Shown here piece by piece: positions 51,239-63,972 of a DNA stretch of 64,000 nt. The first letter of the stretch is position 1. Every line of letters starts with the position of its first letter. Both the position numbers and the translations under genes were made by a program. This DNA comes from Tubulanus polymorphus (lineage: Eukaryota; Animalia; Nemertea). The notes under the pieces are model-generated. The model saw nothing but the letters and a program-made list of their open reading frames with translations. It was not told the origin of the DNA and searched no databases. The stretch spans positions 18,064,210-18,128,209 of the forward strand of contig NC_134030.1 of assembly GCF_964204645.1 (NCBI RefSeq). The letters are read 5' to 3'.

Positions 51239-53190
51239 AGTACCGTTTACTGAAAAACAGGATTTAGAATTCAGTTATTTTATCACAAGTGCAACACATT
51301 TTTCTGACCTAATTGTTTTGTCCAGTTTTTACACAATTAGCCTCTATGTAGCGTTTCGTAGTTAGTATACATTAAAACTCTGGCATGTCTCTGCATCTAC
51401 ATGGTACCTGAAAAATACTCACCGGACGAGCGTGTGTACTCGCTCGTACCAGGTTTAATCATCGTGGTAGCGTGATCCTCTTTTGTATCCTCAGAGTATA
51501 TATGTGTAAACGTGTACGTATGTAATAATGTATGTAAAATGGCGTCGCTACTAAGGGTTCGCCTGCGTCGCGTAAACAACGGGAAAGATGTTTATGAAGG
51601 GGTATACGACCACCACAGGAAGATATGTTTGTGTGTAGAATAACAAATGGCTCTCAGGCTTAACTCGACCTAGCACACGAGTAAGCATTTCCCGCAACCC
51701 CGGGTGTAGATTGCTGATAGATCCAGGAACGCAACGACTGGGCCGACTCGAAAACTACCCTCCGGGAACTAAGGATCGGACCCCAACCCTATATTAGAAC
51801 CTATAGATAGCGATGCGCACCCTTATGTCCACCAAATAACTCACTATCTCGTGGTTATACATGGACCCGAGTCGACCGTTAAACACACCACGTCACCCAC
51901 CCCCGACGTGGAATTTCCTCGCTTGAGCCTAAATTGGATAGCGGAATAAACGGACACCGCCCGTCACCCGAACGGGATTGCACTACGTTCCGCTGGACTC
52001 TATCCGTTCCGAGAGCGAGCCTCTACGCAGACCATGAACGCTCAGACCAAATCCACGGTTTTGCTACGGCCGACATACTCATACGGAATCGTTAATATAA
52101 TTTCACGTACTGCGACAGCAGCTTTTACTTAATCACAAGAAATCAACATACGTCATGCTCAAAGACAAGATAGGTTCATACTCTGCAAATGCTTACATAC
52201 TTACAAAAAGGGAAAAGACTATGCGATTGACACTTGCTATTAAACTTTAACCTCACACAACGAACACATATAGACCGCGGACATTACATAACCTTAAGGG
52301 TTGCCTATATGAATTTCATTTAAACTAAAGTACGCGCACATACAAACCGGCCTTAGAGGCCTATAATAAAAAGACAACGAAGACGATAATAGCTTATAAT
52401 GATATCAAAAGCAATGAATTAGACCCGTGTTAAATACTTAAGTATGAACGGGGAGAGAAGATAAGACTTAATACCACGGCTGTACAAAGTGTCAACTCGC
52501 ACCTGCCACAACCACCTGCGGCAAGGTGCTTTTCTAAGAAATTCGCAAAGGCCGCTGGGAATATTCCGTGTATCTGTAATGGCTGCCGCTTCAAGCAGTC
52601 GGCAAGCCGGCGCGAGCGTTCAATACCGATCCTTAACAGTCGATTATATTTCGAAAATGTATAGTAAGTAAAAACACAATATAGTTGTAATATGTGTGAG
52701 TAGTATTTATAATTAATTTCCTCTAAGAATTTACCCGTTTTAATCTCCACCGGCAAGCGAAAATAAACTTAATCTCCATCTTTTAGTCGCGTTGCTACCC
52801 GGAAGTAACTCTCAGCTGTTTCACTTTGTTTAGGCCTAAAATCCTCGGAAAATAGTAATAACACTACTCAAAGGGTATTTTACGACATATATGTCCGGGA
52901 AGAGTCTACTGCTGATCGGAGCATGCACTTTTTAGCTCCGACTAGCGCTGTGTGTGGCAAAAGCGAGTAGTAGTGTAGGCCTAAAATAGCAGGGAACACT
53001 AACAGTTCGTCAGTTGTCGGGTCGAGTAAGTTGGCACAGACAGTCTACTTAGCGATTAGAGCAGCAAATAGTAGTAGGCCTAGGCCCCAATGTCCTGTGG
53101 TTTTCTCAGAGAAAGAGACAAAAGGAAAGCCAATTTGTCTTACATGTCATCCTTAGGCCACGTGATTGGAATAGGCCTAGCCTATGAAAT

Positions 53191-53661
53191 CACAGGCACT
53201 TGAATATGGGCTTTGATAATGGATAAATATTTAATAATTCACCAGCGATATGTTATTCCTGACTTCGATAATCCGCCATGTTTTATAATGAAGTTACCCG
53301 TGATGCAACGCGTGCCCCTCGTCTAACTATACTATACAGAAAGGCTGGAAACGCTCCTATCTCCGTAATGCTTAAATCTACCCGCAACTATCGGGACAGC
53401 CGAACACTGCCGATGATTGCCGAAGTACGTCCCAAGTGTTAATTTTAATCCTGAAATACAAGGAGCGCCCATAATTTCAATTGTAGATGATTTTTTGGAA
53501 ATATTGACACTGTTTTAGCTCCGTTAAAGATTTCAACTGGCAACGAAATTGATTTTTGAAAATTTGCGATGCCACTTCGTGGTGTTTTTATCGTAAATTA
53601 CAATAAATTTTATCATTTTTAACACACCAACAAGGTCAAAGCCCATATTCAAGTGCCTGTG
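53191..53661. mobile_element. MITE with 26-bp perfect TIRs and 7-bp TSD ATGAAAT (P-element-like CANRG ends)
   Basis: ATGAAAT|CACAGGCACTTGAATATGGGCTTTGA ... TCAAAGCCCATATTCAAGTGCCTGTG|ATGAAAT. Confidence 0.85.
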
Positions 53662-54007
53662 ATGAAATTAAAAATTCTTGTCATTCGGGACTGGGACTGT
53701 GGGGGGCCGGGTGGCGAGATTCGTCTGACTGGGACTAGCGAAATTTGTCTTTGAGTCTGAGGTGCCATAAGTGAATCAATTTGTAAAAAGAAGCTGTCAC
53801 AAAAATTATTTCAGCTTTGTGCTAGTCAGTCCCTTGACCTCGATATTTTGTCTAAATTTTTGTTGTTGTACTCATTAGGACATAGCCTACTGGAGATGAC
53901 ATACTGCGATGATGCGATATTTCCAAGAGTTAAATTCAAGTGATGCCGATGTGAAGTAGAAAGGATTGTTGTAAGTAGATTAAGATTTTATTGAAACGTT
54001 TACAGCC

Positions 54008-54448
54008 GCTGACAGTAGAGCGAGCGGGAGGGATTAAACCCGAACATAAATCTACGGTTTAAAAACCATAGAGTTGCCCATTTCCCATCCACTTCTCTAC
54101 TGTCAGACAAACAGACAGATAGACTGACAGACAGACATAGACAAACAGAATACATTAATATTTAATCGGCTGACAGTAGAGCGAGCGGGAGGGATTAAAC
54201 CCGAACATAACTCTACGGTTCAAAAACCATAGAGTTGCCCATTTCCCATCCACTTCTCTACTGTCAGACAAACAGACAGATAGACTGACAGACAGACATA
54301 GACAGACAGAATACATTAATATTTAATCGGCTGACAGTAGAGCGAGCGGGAGGGATTAAACCCGAACATAACTCTATGGTTTAAAAACCATAGAGTTGCC
54401 CATTTCCCATCCACTTCTCTACTGTCAGACAAACAGACAGATAGACAG
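54008..54448. repeat. 161-bp tandem repeat (~2.8 copies), each unit containing a ~100-nt hairpin
   Basis: CTGACAGTAGAG...CTCTACTGTCAG closing stem; inner AACTCTAYGGTT..AACCATAGAGTT. Confidence 0.9.
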
Positions 54449-54474
54449 CCGTAAATCATGTTACACAAGCAAGA

Positions 54475-56945
54475 CTAATGTATGTTTGCAATATTTAAAC
54501 ATAATTTACAAGAACGTGTGTCTCCATTTTTTTTGTAGAAACCTCCACAAAAACATTTTCGTGTAACGCGGACATCGGTTTTGGACTTAGTACTATACAA
54601 ACCCTGGTTGATAAACATCAGTTTCGCTGGTGTAACTTTATTTCTCAAGCATGAATAAACACGGACATCCCTATTCATGCTAGCGTGCTTGCTTTCCAAG
54701 CCCTGTTCCCCGAACATTCCTAGAGAACGCCAGATATTGACAAATTCAGGCACATGAAAAATTAACATATGCATTTTGGGTGTTATTGTTTGTTCCGGGA
54801 AAGTTCTTGGAAACCAAGCACCGAAATCCTTACAAAAGGTTTCCAAATCTGCCACTTCTTCATCTGATAAAAATCTACATGCAGAATACAGTTTGTACAT
54901 TTGTGCGAACCGTTGAAATAATTCTTGGTATATGAGCTGAATGTCTGGGTAATCTGATAGTACAGATAGTAATTTAACCGGATTATTTATTCCTTTATCA
55001 GGGTTTATGTTCAACAGCTTGTTGATATGGTTACCATTGAATGAAAGTGAATGGTAAGCCTGTCTGTCTATCCCAATTTCATGCAGTTTTTCATTGAGCG
55101 CTGACTGTAGTGGACCCATTTTTGAGCAAACCTCTTTGTAAATTTCATCTAGCTTTAATTTTCTAGGTCTTATTTGATCTTTCTTTGCCTTTATGTCAGA
55201 TTTGATTTTATTAGTTTCAGATTCGAGGTTTTTCAAGAACTTATGGCCTGTACTATTGGGTTTGAGACACCTTATGCACTTAAACGCTTCCACAGTGCCA
55301 TAAATCGAAATGCAGTCAGTGTGGTACGGTGAATCACAAGAGGTACAGTATTCAAAGTTGTTAACATTTCCATTTTCTATTTCCTGTATGACACAAATTG
55401 GGGCACCACAATGAAATGGTGAACGTCGCCTCTGATCTGCTCTTTTCAATACATCTATAGTCTCGATATTTTGTGCGAGTATTAATTTCAAATCTTCCAA
55501 TTCATTTACAAGATTTTGGACTACGTTTGATACACTTTTCCATTTATGGTACAGTTCTGGGTCTCTGTTCCCTAATGTTGAATGGTCGAGATCTTTACAT
55601 TTGTCTTCGACCATATCATAGATTTTTAGTCCGATTCCTAATGTTATGTGAAGAGGAGGTGGTACTAAGTGTTCTAAATCAAGTGGCCTATACAGCATAG
55701 GACCACTAATACTGTGCGATGACGGGCCAATCATGGTTGGTGCCGTCTCGATTAATTTAGAACTTTCGATATAGTGGTTAATACTACGGTTTTGATAAGT
55801 GTTCGCGGAATGAGAGGTGCCATCTTTTTTTCTCAGATGATCAAGAGGCACCATGCACTTAAGACATGGATAAGATGCTGTTGAGCCCTGATGACCCATC
55901 ATTGTGCTTTGATATGCAAGATCCCCGATGAAAAAAGTTCGAGCTTGTATTGTTTTTCCATCTAGAAAAATTGTGAATGGGGTTTCTAATGCCTCTTTTA
56001 ATGGCCCGAAAATCATCTTCAAGTTTTCAGCATTATCAGTTGCTTCAAAATAACCGACCAATTCACAACTATCGGGGCTATTGGGTGATAGCCCATTAAC
56101 TATGGAAAAAACCATTTTTGTACTCCCACCCCCCTTATCAATTCCTGTCTTAATCCATATTTCATCGTGAAAGTTTTGATGGAATAAGAGATTTCCAATT
56201 TTGTGCAGATGTTCTGCATGTCTTTGAGCTTGTGCGTGAAAATCATCTATGATTACATAGGGCGCAAGTTTTCTTTCGTGTGTACGGGAATTAATCTCTA
56301 GGATTTCTTCACCCGCAATGACATAAGGGGCAAATGACATTTCTCTGTTTTTTATTTCAGTTCGAATTTCTGCCACAGTTGGAAATACAGGAATGTCAAA
56401 GTTTTTTAAATCTCTCTTCAAATCAAGAAGACGAATCATTGGCATTCGTTGCCTCAACTTAATGTCAACAGCCTGTTTTGGGGTGAGCATGTGGAACAGT
56501 TTGATATCAGCTTCACGTAAGGCTGCATTCGTTACCGTGGGATACCTTTTGAAAAATTTGGCGAGTGTACAAGCAGAATCTTGGACGTTACTTTCTGGTG
56601 ATGATATTCCTTCAACAAAATCTTTCAATTTATCTGCGCGACTATTAAGCGTGTTTCTAGATGCTGACACTGACGGGGTACGGATTACTGGTACATTTGA
56701 GTTTAATTGGGATTGTAATGAAGAAATAGTTATATTTTGCTGATTGATTATTTTGTCTTTTTCTGTTATTTGATTTCTCAAAGTTGAAACTTCATTTTCC
56801 AATTCAATGATTCTTGTTGAGTCAGACTTTTGCCAGAAATTTGATTCTTCGTCAGTTGTAATGCTTATAGTATCTAAGCATGGCTCTGTCAAAGTTGACT
56901 CATCTTTATGGGGTGGAGAATTTATGAACTCCAGTTTTTTTTTAC
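54475..56945 (-). CDS. RAG1/Transib/Chapaev-like DDE transposase with inserted PHD finger (intact exon; upstream exons likely)
   Basis: GIDKGGG (D), IGDLAY (D), YPCLKC, PPPLHITLG, TPKMHMLIFHVPE, GEQGLESKH (E) parallel the RAG1 core D600, D708, C727/C730, H795, H937/H942, E962. C4HC3 at ~55267-55410. Probable acceptor TTTGCCTAG| at 56945. Confidence 0.75.
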
Positions 56946-59900
56946 CTAGGCAAATTGAAGTTGAAGATGAGTAAGAGTGAAGAAGATAGAGGCAAAACAA
57001 TTCATAATTCTAGAGTAATTGATTAATAATCAAATGTATTTTACTACGTCACAATTAAGTGCAAGTTTTTCTATATCTAACTATATCTCAGTGAAATAAA
57101 TCGTCATAATTGATAAAATTCAGTACATGTATGACATTTGTTATCAATCATTTGAAGCTTGATCTGTTTGTGATTTTATTTGAGTTCATTTCTACACCAG
57201 GGCTGGGTTTCAGAGATGTGTGGAAGCAAAATAGTTTCGGAACATTTAGAAAATTGTCAGTTATAACCATGGTTTCTCATTTTCACTATGGTGGTTGTCA
57301 CACCGATTGAGGATTATTTGGTACTCAGTCTATGAAACCGGGCCCAGGATATTCAAGGTTTTATTTATTCAATCTATTTTCCCAAAAAATATCACTACGT
57401 GACTACAACCCCGATATGGATTTTCTAATCCCTAAAATTATGACTTCATCCTGGATTCCCATGAACTGGAACAGAGTATTCCAAAATTTGAATAAGACAT
57501 GTATCTTTTTATAAGAGTAAGCTTTCTGGATTGAATAACAAATTCAAGGTTACTGAAAATCTAGAACTTACAAATGCATGATCAATCATGTGAAACACGA
57601 ACCAGAAACCATTCGCAGAAATAAAATGCAATGAATGAATTAAAGGAACAATGAATATCTTAAGGAATTCTTTATTAGTATCAAAAAGTCAACAAGAGTT
57701 TTTCATGAAATTTAGACTCACAGTTTCTTCTTTTTTGGCCGAACCGTCGTTTTTTCCCGCCAGCGCCAACTTTTGAACCAAGCGATCCACCTGAAAAATA
57801 GAAATAGCAATGTTTTTAAAGATCTTTCAATTTCATCCATATGAACTAAAAAATTAATTTTGTTGTTGCTCAACTTACCAGAGTGTTGTGACATTTTGAA
57901 GTTGTAGAAGTCGACAAGAAAACTGAAAATATATTTGGAAAAATCAGCTTCATGCAGCTTGGCATTTTTAGACAATTTCTGATTTCTGATTAGTAATAGA
58001 ATACTTACCGAGCGACGACAAAATGTCTGCAACTGCAACTGTCTGAATTCAAACAGTGAGAGTTGAAGTAGACCGACGAGAAAACTGAAAATATATATCA
58101 ACTCCATGTAGTAGGCCTAGTTGTGTGCTTTATAGACAATTTCTGATTAGGAATACTAACTGGAGCGACAACAAAATTTTGAGTAAGGGGCTGAATTCGA
58201 ACTCCAAATTATTTCCAACGAGAAAACTGAAAATATTCCAAAAATCATAGGGTAGTTGTGCATTTTATAGACAATTTCTGATTAGGAAGCTTAGCCCTAC
58301 TTACCAAAGTGGAAAGATGTCGAGCTTAAGGGTTCGAATTCAAACACCCAAGGCCATTCATCCACCAGCCTACCGACATGCGTAATAGCAATAAAAAAGA
58401 AACTGAAAATAATACCGAAAACCCTACTTATTAGACATAAGAGGCCTGGCCTAGATTTGAAAAAATAATACTGGCCCAATGAGTGACCACAGTACTTAGT
58501 AATAGTTTGAATAGGCCTTTTGGTATTGTGGTTGATCCGGAAAGTGAAGAAGTGTGCTGGATTGTAAACAGGTAAATAGCCTAATGCGACGAGCTCGCAT
58601 CTCGAGTGGCCTAAATAATTAGCCATAGCCTACCACGGCCGAGTCGGGTTGAGCTCCACTTGTTCTCCCATCATCGATAGGGAAGGCCGACGTTTTATAC
58701 ATCAAACGAAAGCTAAAAAGCTCATATAGTTCATAGACGAAAATTATAAACGATCCATCGTACTATATTTTCGATATATAAAGTATCTTACCCAAGACTT
58801 GTATCGCCCGAGTCGTTAAATTTTCTCTCCACTTTGAAGCGGTCCGGCGGCAAAAGAGTCGCAGGTAAATGGCGTTTAATACCCTTACGAACTAATCTAT
58901 ATACTCAAGAACCTGCTACAGGGGATTGCATCAAGTCAACCTCGTTCGTTTAAGCACACTAAGGGAGCTAGGAAAAACCGTTAGATCGCGTACTTAAGCA
59001 TTTGGAGCATACGCGCGATGGTCACGTGACCCCGCCGTGGATCAATAATCGCTATTGACAATCGAAGCGAAACGCCGTACAGCCGTGATACATAACGATA
59101 CGAATCAATCCGTCTCTAATACATAAGTATTGACGGACTTTAGTTCAAAGATCCTATAGCCGAAATAGAAACACGACCGAAACCCGTCTGTAATACATAA
59201 GTATGGGCGGGAGCTATAATGCTTAAAGCTTAAAGCCGCGGACACACTGGGCGATTTCGTCGGCCGACGAAATCGGCGAACAGCGCCGCTTATTTTGAAA
59301 CGACCAGCTGCTAGCGCCACCTTTAATAAATCAAAGAGCCGTGATTGGCTGGTTAATACGGCGCTCGAGGCGACTGATCGCCGTACCCGGACCAGGGATG
59401 AGAACGCCGACCTGTAAAATCCGCGGGTTATTTTTCTTGAGTGACATACGCGAACCAGCTGACGGCTGCCGAGCGAGCGCCGAAGGCGCGAAGCTATTTC
59501 GGGGCGGTTTGGGGGCCCTCCCCCAAGAAAATTTTAGAAATTAAATACGTTTTCCGAGCACTTAGAGCGATCTCGAACCCATGAACGACTATTATATTTT
59601 GGAAGGTAATGGCTAGTTCCAATGTGGTACATCCTCATTTGATGACATTCAGCATCTCATGCATTACGGGTCGAGCCCTGAATTATTGCAGTAAAAATGC
59701 GCCGATGAATGCTCACTAAAAATCATCACCAAGTAGTGTATAATATCCGAAAGCGTTCGCCACACACACGCAGCAACAGTAAGTAGACCTATATACGTTC
59801 CTACTGTTGCTGTGCGTGCGTGTCTGCAACCGATCGATAAAATACATACAAACTCATCGTAGTACAAATGTACATACAAAATCACTGTGTTGCAATGAAT

Positions 59901-61071
59901 ATGCATTGAAATGCGATACTTTTACGTGACGATAAGTAAAACAGGCACTGAACGCTTTTACGGTTCACCTGATTACCGATCGCGCCGGACCAATTGAGTG
60001 AGATCATCACCCCCGCGCCGGACCAATTGAGTGAGATCATCATTCTGTGGGCTTAAGGCCCTTGATTTTCAACTCGGAAAGAAGAACAGAGACGAACGGG
60101 TGCAAGACCCGAAACGCCGCCAGGCGGCGCTGTCCCCGGACCGACTTACATCGTTAAAGGATGATCTCCAAGTAACTGACTATACTAAAAAGTCGCACGT
60201 CTTATATTCACGCATTGCCGACTCCGATGTGTTGCATCACTCCGCGTCGCTTCGCTGGTCGCTCAACAATGGCCGTCGCGGTAGATGTGCTTCTTCGCAT
60301 TCTTTCGAGTCGCTCTGCTGCTGGACTACGTCGTCTACATGCAGATGCCATATATCATTAAAAAGCTTAGAACTTTCACTTTCTAATGGTGTGAAATGTG
60401 TGGAGGATCGTCCATTCGTAAAGATTAATAAGGTCTCGAAAGGCGGTCGTCATGCGTGACCGCGTTCAGGACCGTCGATTCAATCGTCGAATTCTCGGCA
60501 TTTTTAGGATATGAGGGTGCCGAAATCATCTTCTGGATTTGTAATATTGAGGACTATATAAGGGCGTTAACTTCGTGACTAGAAATTAAGGTGATAGCTT
60601 ATAATGATAGCCGCAAGACGTCGGTGTAGAAACTTAAACTCTCCAGTTAGGCTAGTCGAGCGGGCCATGTGCTCGTACCGGAAGAAAACAAACCGGCGAA
60701 ATCGTCTCAACTAATAAACTACGGCTCGTGTCGCCTAAAAATGATGAAATTCGTAGATGCTTTCACCGAGTCAAGACTTTATAATCCTCTTTCAAACGGT
60801 ATCACACGTGATAGCTTTCGATAATTATTTCGTGTGTAAAAGGCGAGATAAATGCAGCGGCGGTACTATTTACCACCGGGAACAATTTCGGGATTAAGGA
60901 GTCGCGGGTTATCGTCGGCGCCGGAGTAAGGGGAAGGTATCTTCTGCAAGGTCGCTAATAAACAAGGGGAAGGAGGAATCTGTCTTGAGAAATGAAATTT
61001 TGTTACATCTACACACATTCAGACGTCACAAATTGAAAGTGACGAAATCGAGGAAACGAACAGCAACAATT

Positions 61072-61527
61072 AGCAGACAGTTCACTAGCTATCAGACAGT
61101 TCACTAGCTTTCAGACAGTTCACTAGCTGTCACACAGTTCACTAGCTATCAGACAGTTCATTAGCTGTCAGACAATTCACTAGCTGTCAGACAGTTCACT
61201 AGCTATCAGACAGTTCACTAGCTGTCGGACAGTTCACTAGCTATCAGACAGTTCACTAGCTATCAGACAGTTAACTAGCTGTCAGACAGTTCACTAGCTG
61301 TCAGACAGTTCCCTAGCTGTCAGACAGTTCACTAGCTTTCAGACAGTTCACTAGCTGTCACACAGTTCACTAGCTATCAGACAGTTCACTAGCTATCAGA
61401 CAGTTCACTAGCTTTCAGACAGTTCACTAGCTGTCACACAGTTCACTAGCTATCAGACAGTTCACTAGCTTTCAGACAGTTCACTAGCTATCAGACAGTT
61501 CACTACTGTCACACAGTTCACTAGCTA
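61072..61527. repeat. 20-bp minisatellite (AGACAGTTCACTAGCTDTC-like)
   Basis: About 22 tandem copies, no unique spacers. Confidence 0.95.
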
Positions 61528-63126
61528 CATAAATAAGGATATAACTTGTTAAAAGATATATAATGTAGGCTACGCTTATCAGTATAGTTCATGATTCATG
61601 CTGTTTGTCACGTATGTGTTCATTGTGCACGTAATACATTGATAGGCGCAGAGACAATACTACATAATCGGTACCATATCATCTTATGATTGGCCAAACA
61701 ATATGCCGTATAGGCCCCGGCTATCATTAGATATTTTAGTCGGCGGTTTAACATTATCATTTTTTATTTATGAACCCCTCCTGGACTGGATCCGCCGCGC
61801 CTGATTGACGCTGCCTTATCGATAATTCGTAACTCGTCTCATTGTGAGTGCATTTTTATGAAAATACCCCTCCCCTCCTCCTACCTAAATCACAATCGCG
61901 TTTGTTCACAAAAATGACAAGAATATCCTAACAACATACCTCTCGATATGACAAAACTGTAAGATGAATATATACTGTATCAAAACCGTACGTCCACAGG
62001 ACACTACTGTTCGTCTTCCGCTAAGTGACTGAACTGCGCACTTTATCCGATCCCGCCCCCGTCACGTGATCTATTTGTATTTTTTTAGATACGTGGTAAT
62101 GATGGTCATTTGTCCTGTGAAACTCATGAATATTAATGAGCTCATCGATCGCTTCCCGGAAGTCAGGCAAGCACTCGCGTGTCTGTATCGATTGTATTGT
62201 AGTAGTATAGTATCCGTTTTGGTTCCACTCTGAGTTCCACACGGGGTTCCACTCTGAGTTCCACTCTGAGTTTCACTCTGAGTTCCACACGGGGTTCCAC
62301 AGGGTCCACAGTTGTGAATTAAGATTTGACTATGAGTTAACTCATTGAAAATGAACTGATTTTAACCCAGATTATGACCAGTGATCCCAATAGTTAGATA
62401 ATATGGCCCGAGTCCGTTATAAGTCGAAAATAGTGCCAGTGTAGTCGGCCATCTTGATTTTGGTCAGGTCAGTTTTTGGGACAGAATCACCGACGGGCCG
62501 CCAGTCCGAATTGTATATGTTGTAGCAATAATACATTGAATTCTAACAGCTGCCGCGAAACGAAGCAGCGGCGGATCTAGGGACCCGAGAGACCAGGGCC
62601 ACTCCCCCTCGAAGTACCGAGCGTTTATTTCTTATTTTCCCGAATACTGTTGCGCCCCGGCTTGAGAGTTTTGTGCAGCAATAATCTAATCATGAATTAG
62701 TTCTAAAATGCAGGAAATTGCACCAATTTTGCACATGGAATTTTGAAATATTCTGGGGGATGATCCCCAGATTCCCTTGTCTTCGCGCCTAATACGGCGT
62801 TCAAAATTTGTGCGCCCATGGTGCGCAATATGAGTGCTTTACATTAATCTCTAACAGCCAAATTAAATTTTGAATAAAGTGAATTGACGCGTCGATAATG
62901 CTATATCCATTTGACAGTAATTCCATGCCATAAATGAATACCATTATCGTCAACCCGGACGATAAATTATTATAATCATTGTGAAAATATCCAATTATTT
63001 TCTAGTTTAGTTGAAATTACCAAATAAGATCAAAATCATCCACATCCCGATGGACCCGAGTTTTGAAGTTGGACAAAAATAAATAAAGAACATAAAATAT
63101 AGAGTCTTGAACTAGGGCTAAACACG

Positions 63127-63281
63127 AGTGTTTTGAAACAGGCCCTCCACTGGAGAACTATGAGTGTATTGAAACAGGCCCTCCGCTGGAGAACCATGAG
63201 TATTGAAACAGGCCCTCCGCTGGAGAACCATGAGTATTGAAATAGGCCCTCCGCTGGAGAACCATGAGTATTGAAACAGGC
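63127..63281. repeat. ~38-bp tandem repeat (GAGTATTGAAACAGGCCCTCCGCTGGAGAACCAT)
   Basis: About 4 copies; explains ORFs 63036..63311 and 63118..63321. Confidence 0.9.
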
Positions 63282-63736
63282 TACCTGAGATACCCTGTAC
63301 CCGTGGAGCACAACGGTCCAAACTAAAATGCAGTTAGAAAAATCTATTCACCTCACAGAAGGAGAGAACTTCCGCTTTATATGCGATTTTTATATCTGAA
63401 TTGCTATCGACTGATATTGCAGCTGTAAAATGAATACTCCCAAATCATGCTGATATAAATTCTATAGGAGGCCCGGAATCAAATGGGATTTTGGATTTGA
63501 AAAACTATCTAACTGCAGGGCGAATCGAGACAGGAACACAAGGAGCACACGTGTTCACGTCGAAATTTATCCCGTACCCTTTTGAAAATACAGCCCCCAA
63601 TAAGACAGCAATCCGCAGCGCGAGATTTAGCTTATATACCCTAAATGTCCCTCAAATGCCTAAAAATCGTGTGAGAATCTGACAATTATAGAAATGAAAA
63701 ATAGAATCCGAAATGTTTCCTTGAGCTAGTGTAGTT

Positions 63737-63972
63737 TATTCAACGTTTCGACTATATCCTAATAGTCATCTTCAGGAATACTGTATTCCTTGAGCTAGTG
63801 TAGTTTATTCAACGTTTCGACTATATCCTAATTGTCATCTTCAGGAATACTGTATTCCTTGAGCTAGTGTAGTTAATTCAACGTTTCGACTAATCCTAAT
63901 AGTCATCCTCGGGAATACTGTATTCCTTGAGCTAGTGTAGTCTATTCAGCGTTTCCACTATATCCTAATAGG
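63737..63972 (-). ncRNA. Tandem array (69-bp unit) of minimal type-I hammerhead ribozymes
   Basis: Minus strand TATTC-CTGAAGA-T-GACTAT[TAGGAT]ATAGTC-GAAACGTT-GAATA. Copy 63737-63780 is perfect, copy 63806-63849 has one stem-II mismatch, the third has a mutated core and the fourth is partial. Confidence 0.85.

Larger units (their letters stand above)
51347..61007. mobile_element. 9.66-kb composite insertion with LTR-like TGTA...TACA ends and 4-bp TSD (TCTA)
   Basis: TCTA|TGTAGC at 51343-51352 and GTTACA|TCTA at 61002-61011. Removing it restores AGCCTCTACACACATTCAGAC, homologous to the uninterrupted copies at ~30802 and ~51051. Confidence 0.75.

Noticed and set aside
53191-53661. CACAG-starting TIRs as RSS-like ends of the RAG1-like transposon
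   Set aside because: They enclose only 471 bp, exclude the ORF and have a 7-bp TSD (Transib/RAG elements give 5 bp); a separate MITE.
58633-59039. CACGGC...GCCGTG as Chapaev-like TIRs
   Set aside because: Match is short and imperfect, no TSD, and it does not bracket the transposase.
61072-61527. Regular short repeats resembling a CRISPR array
   Set aside because: Head-to-tail 20-bp units without unique spacers, no cas genes, eukaryotic context.
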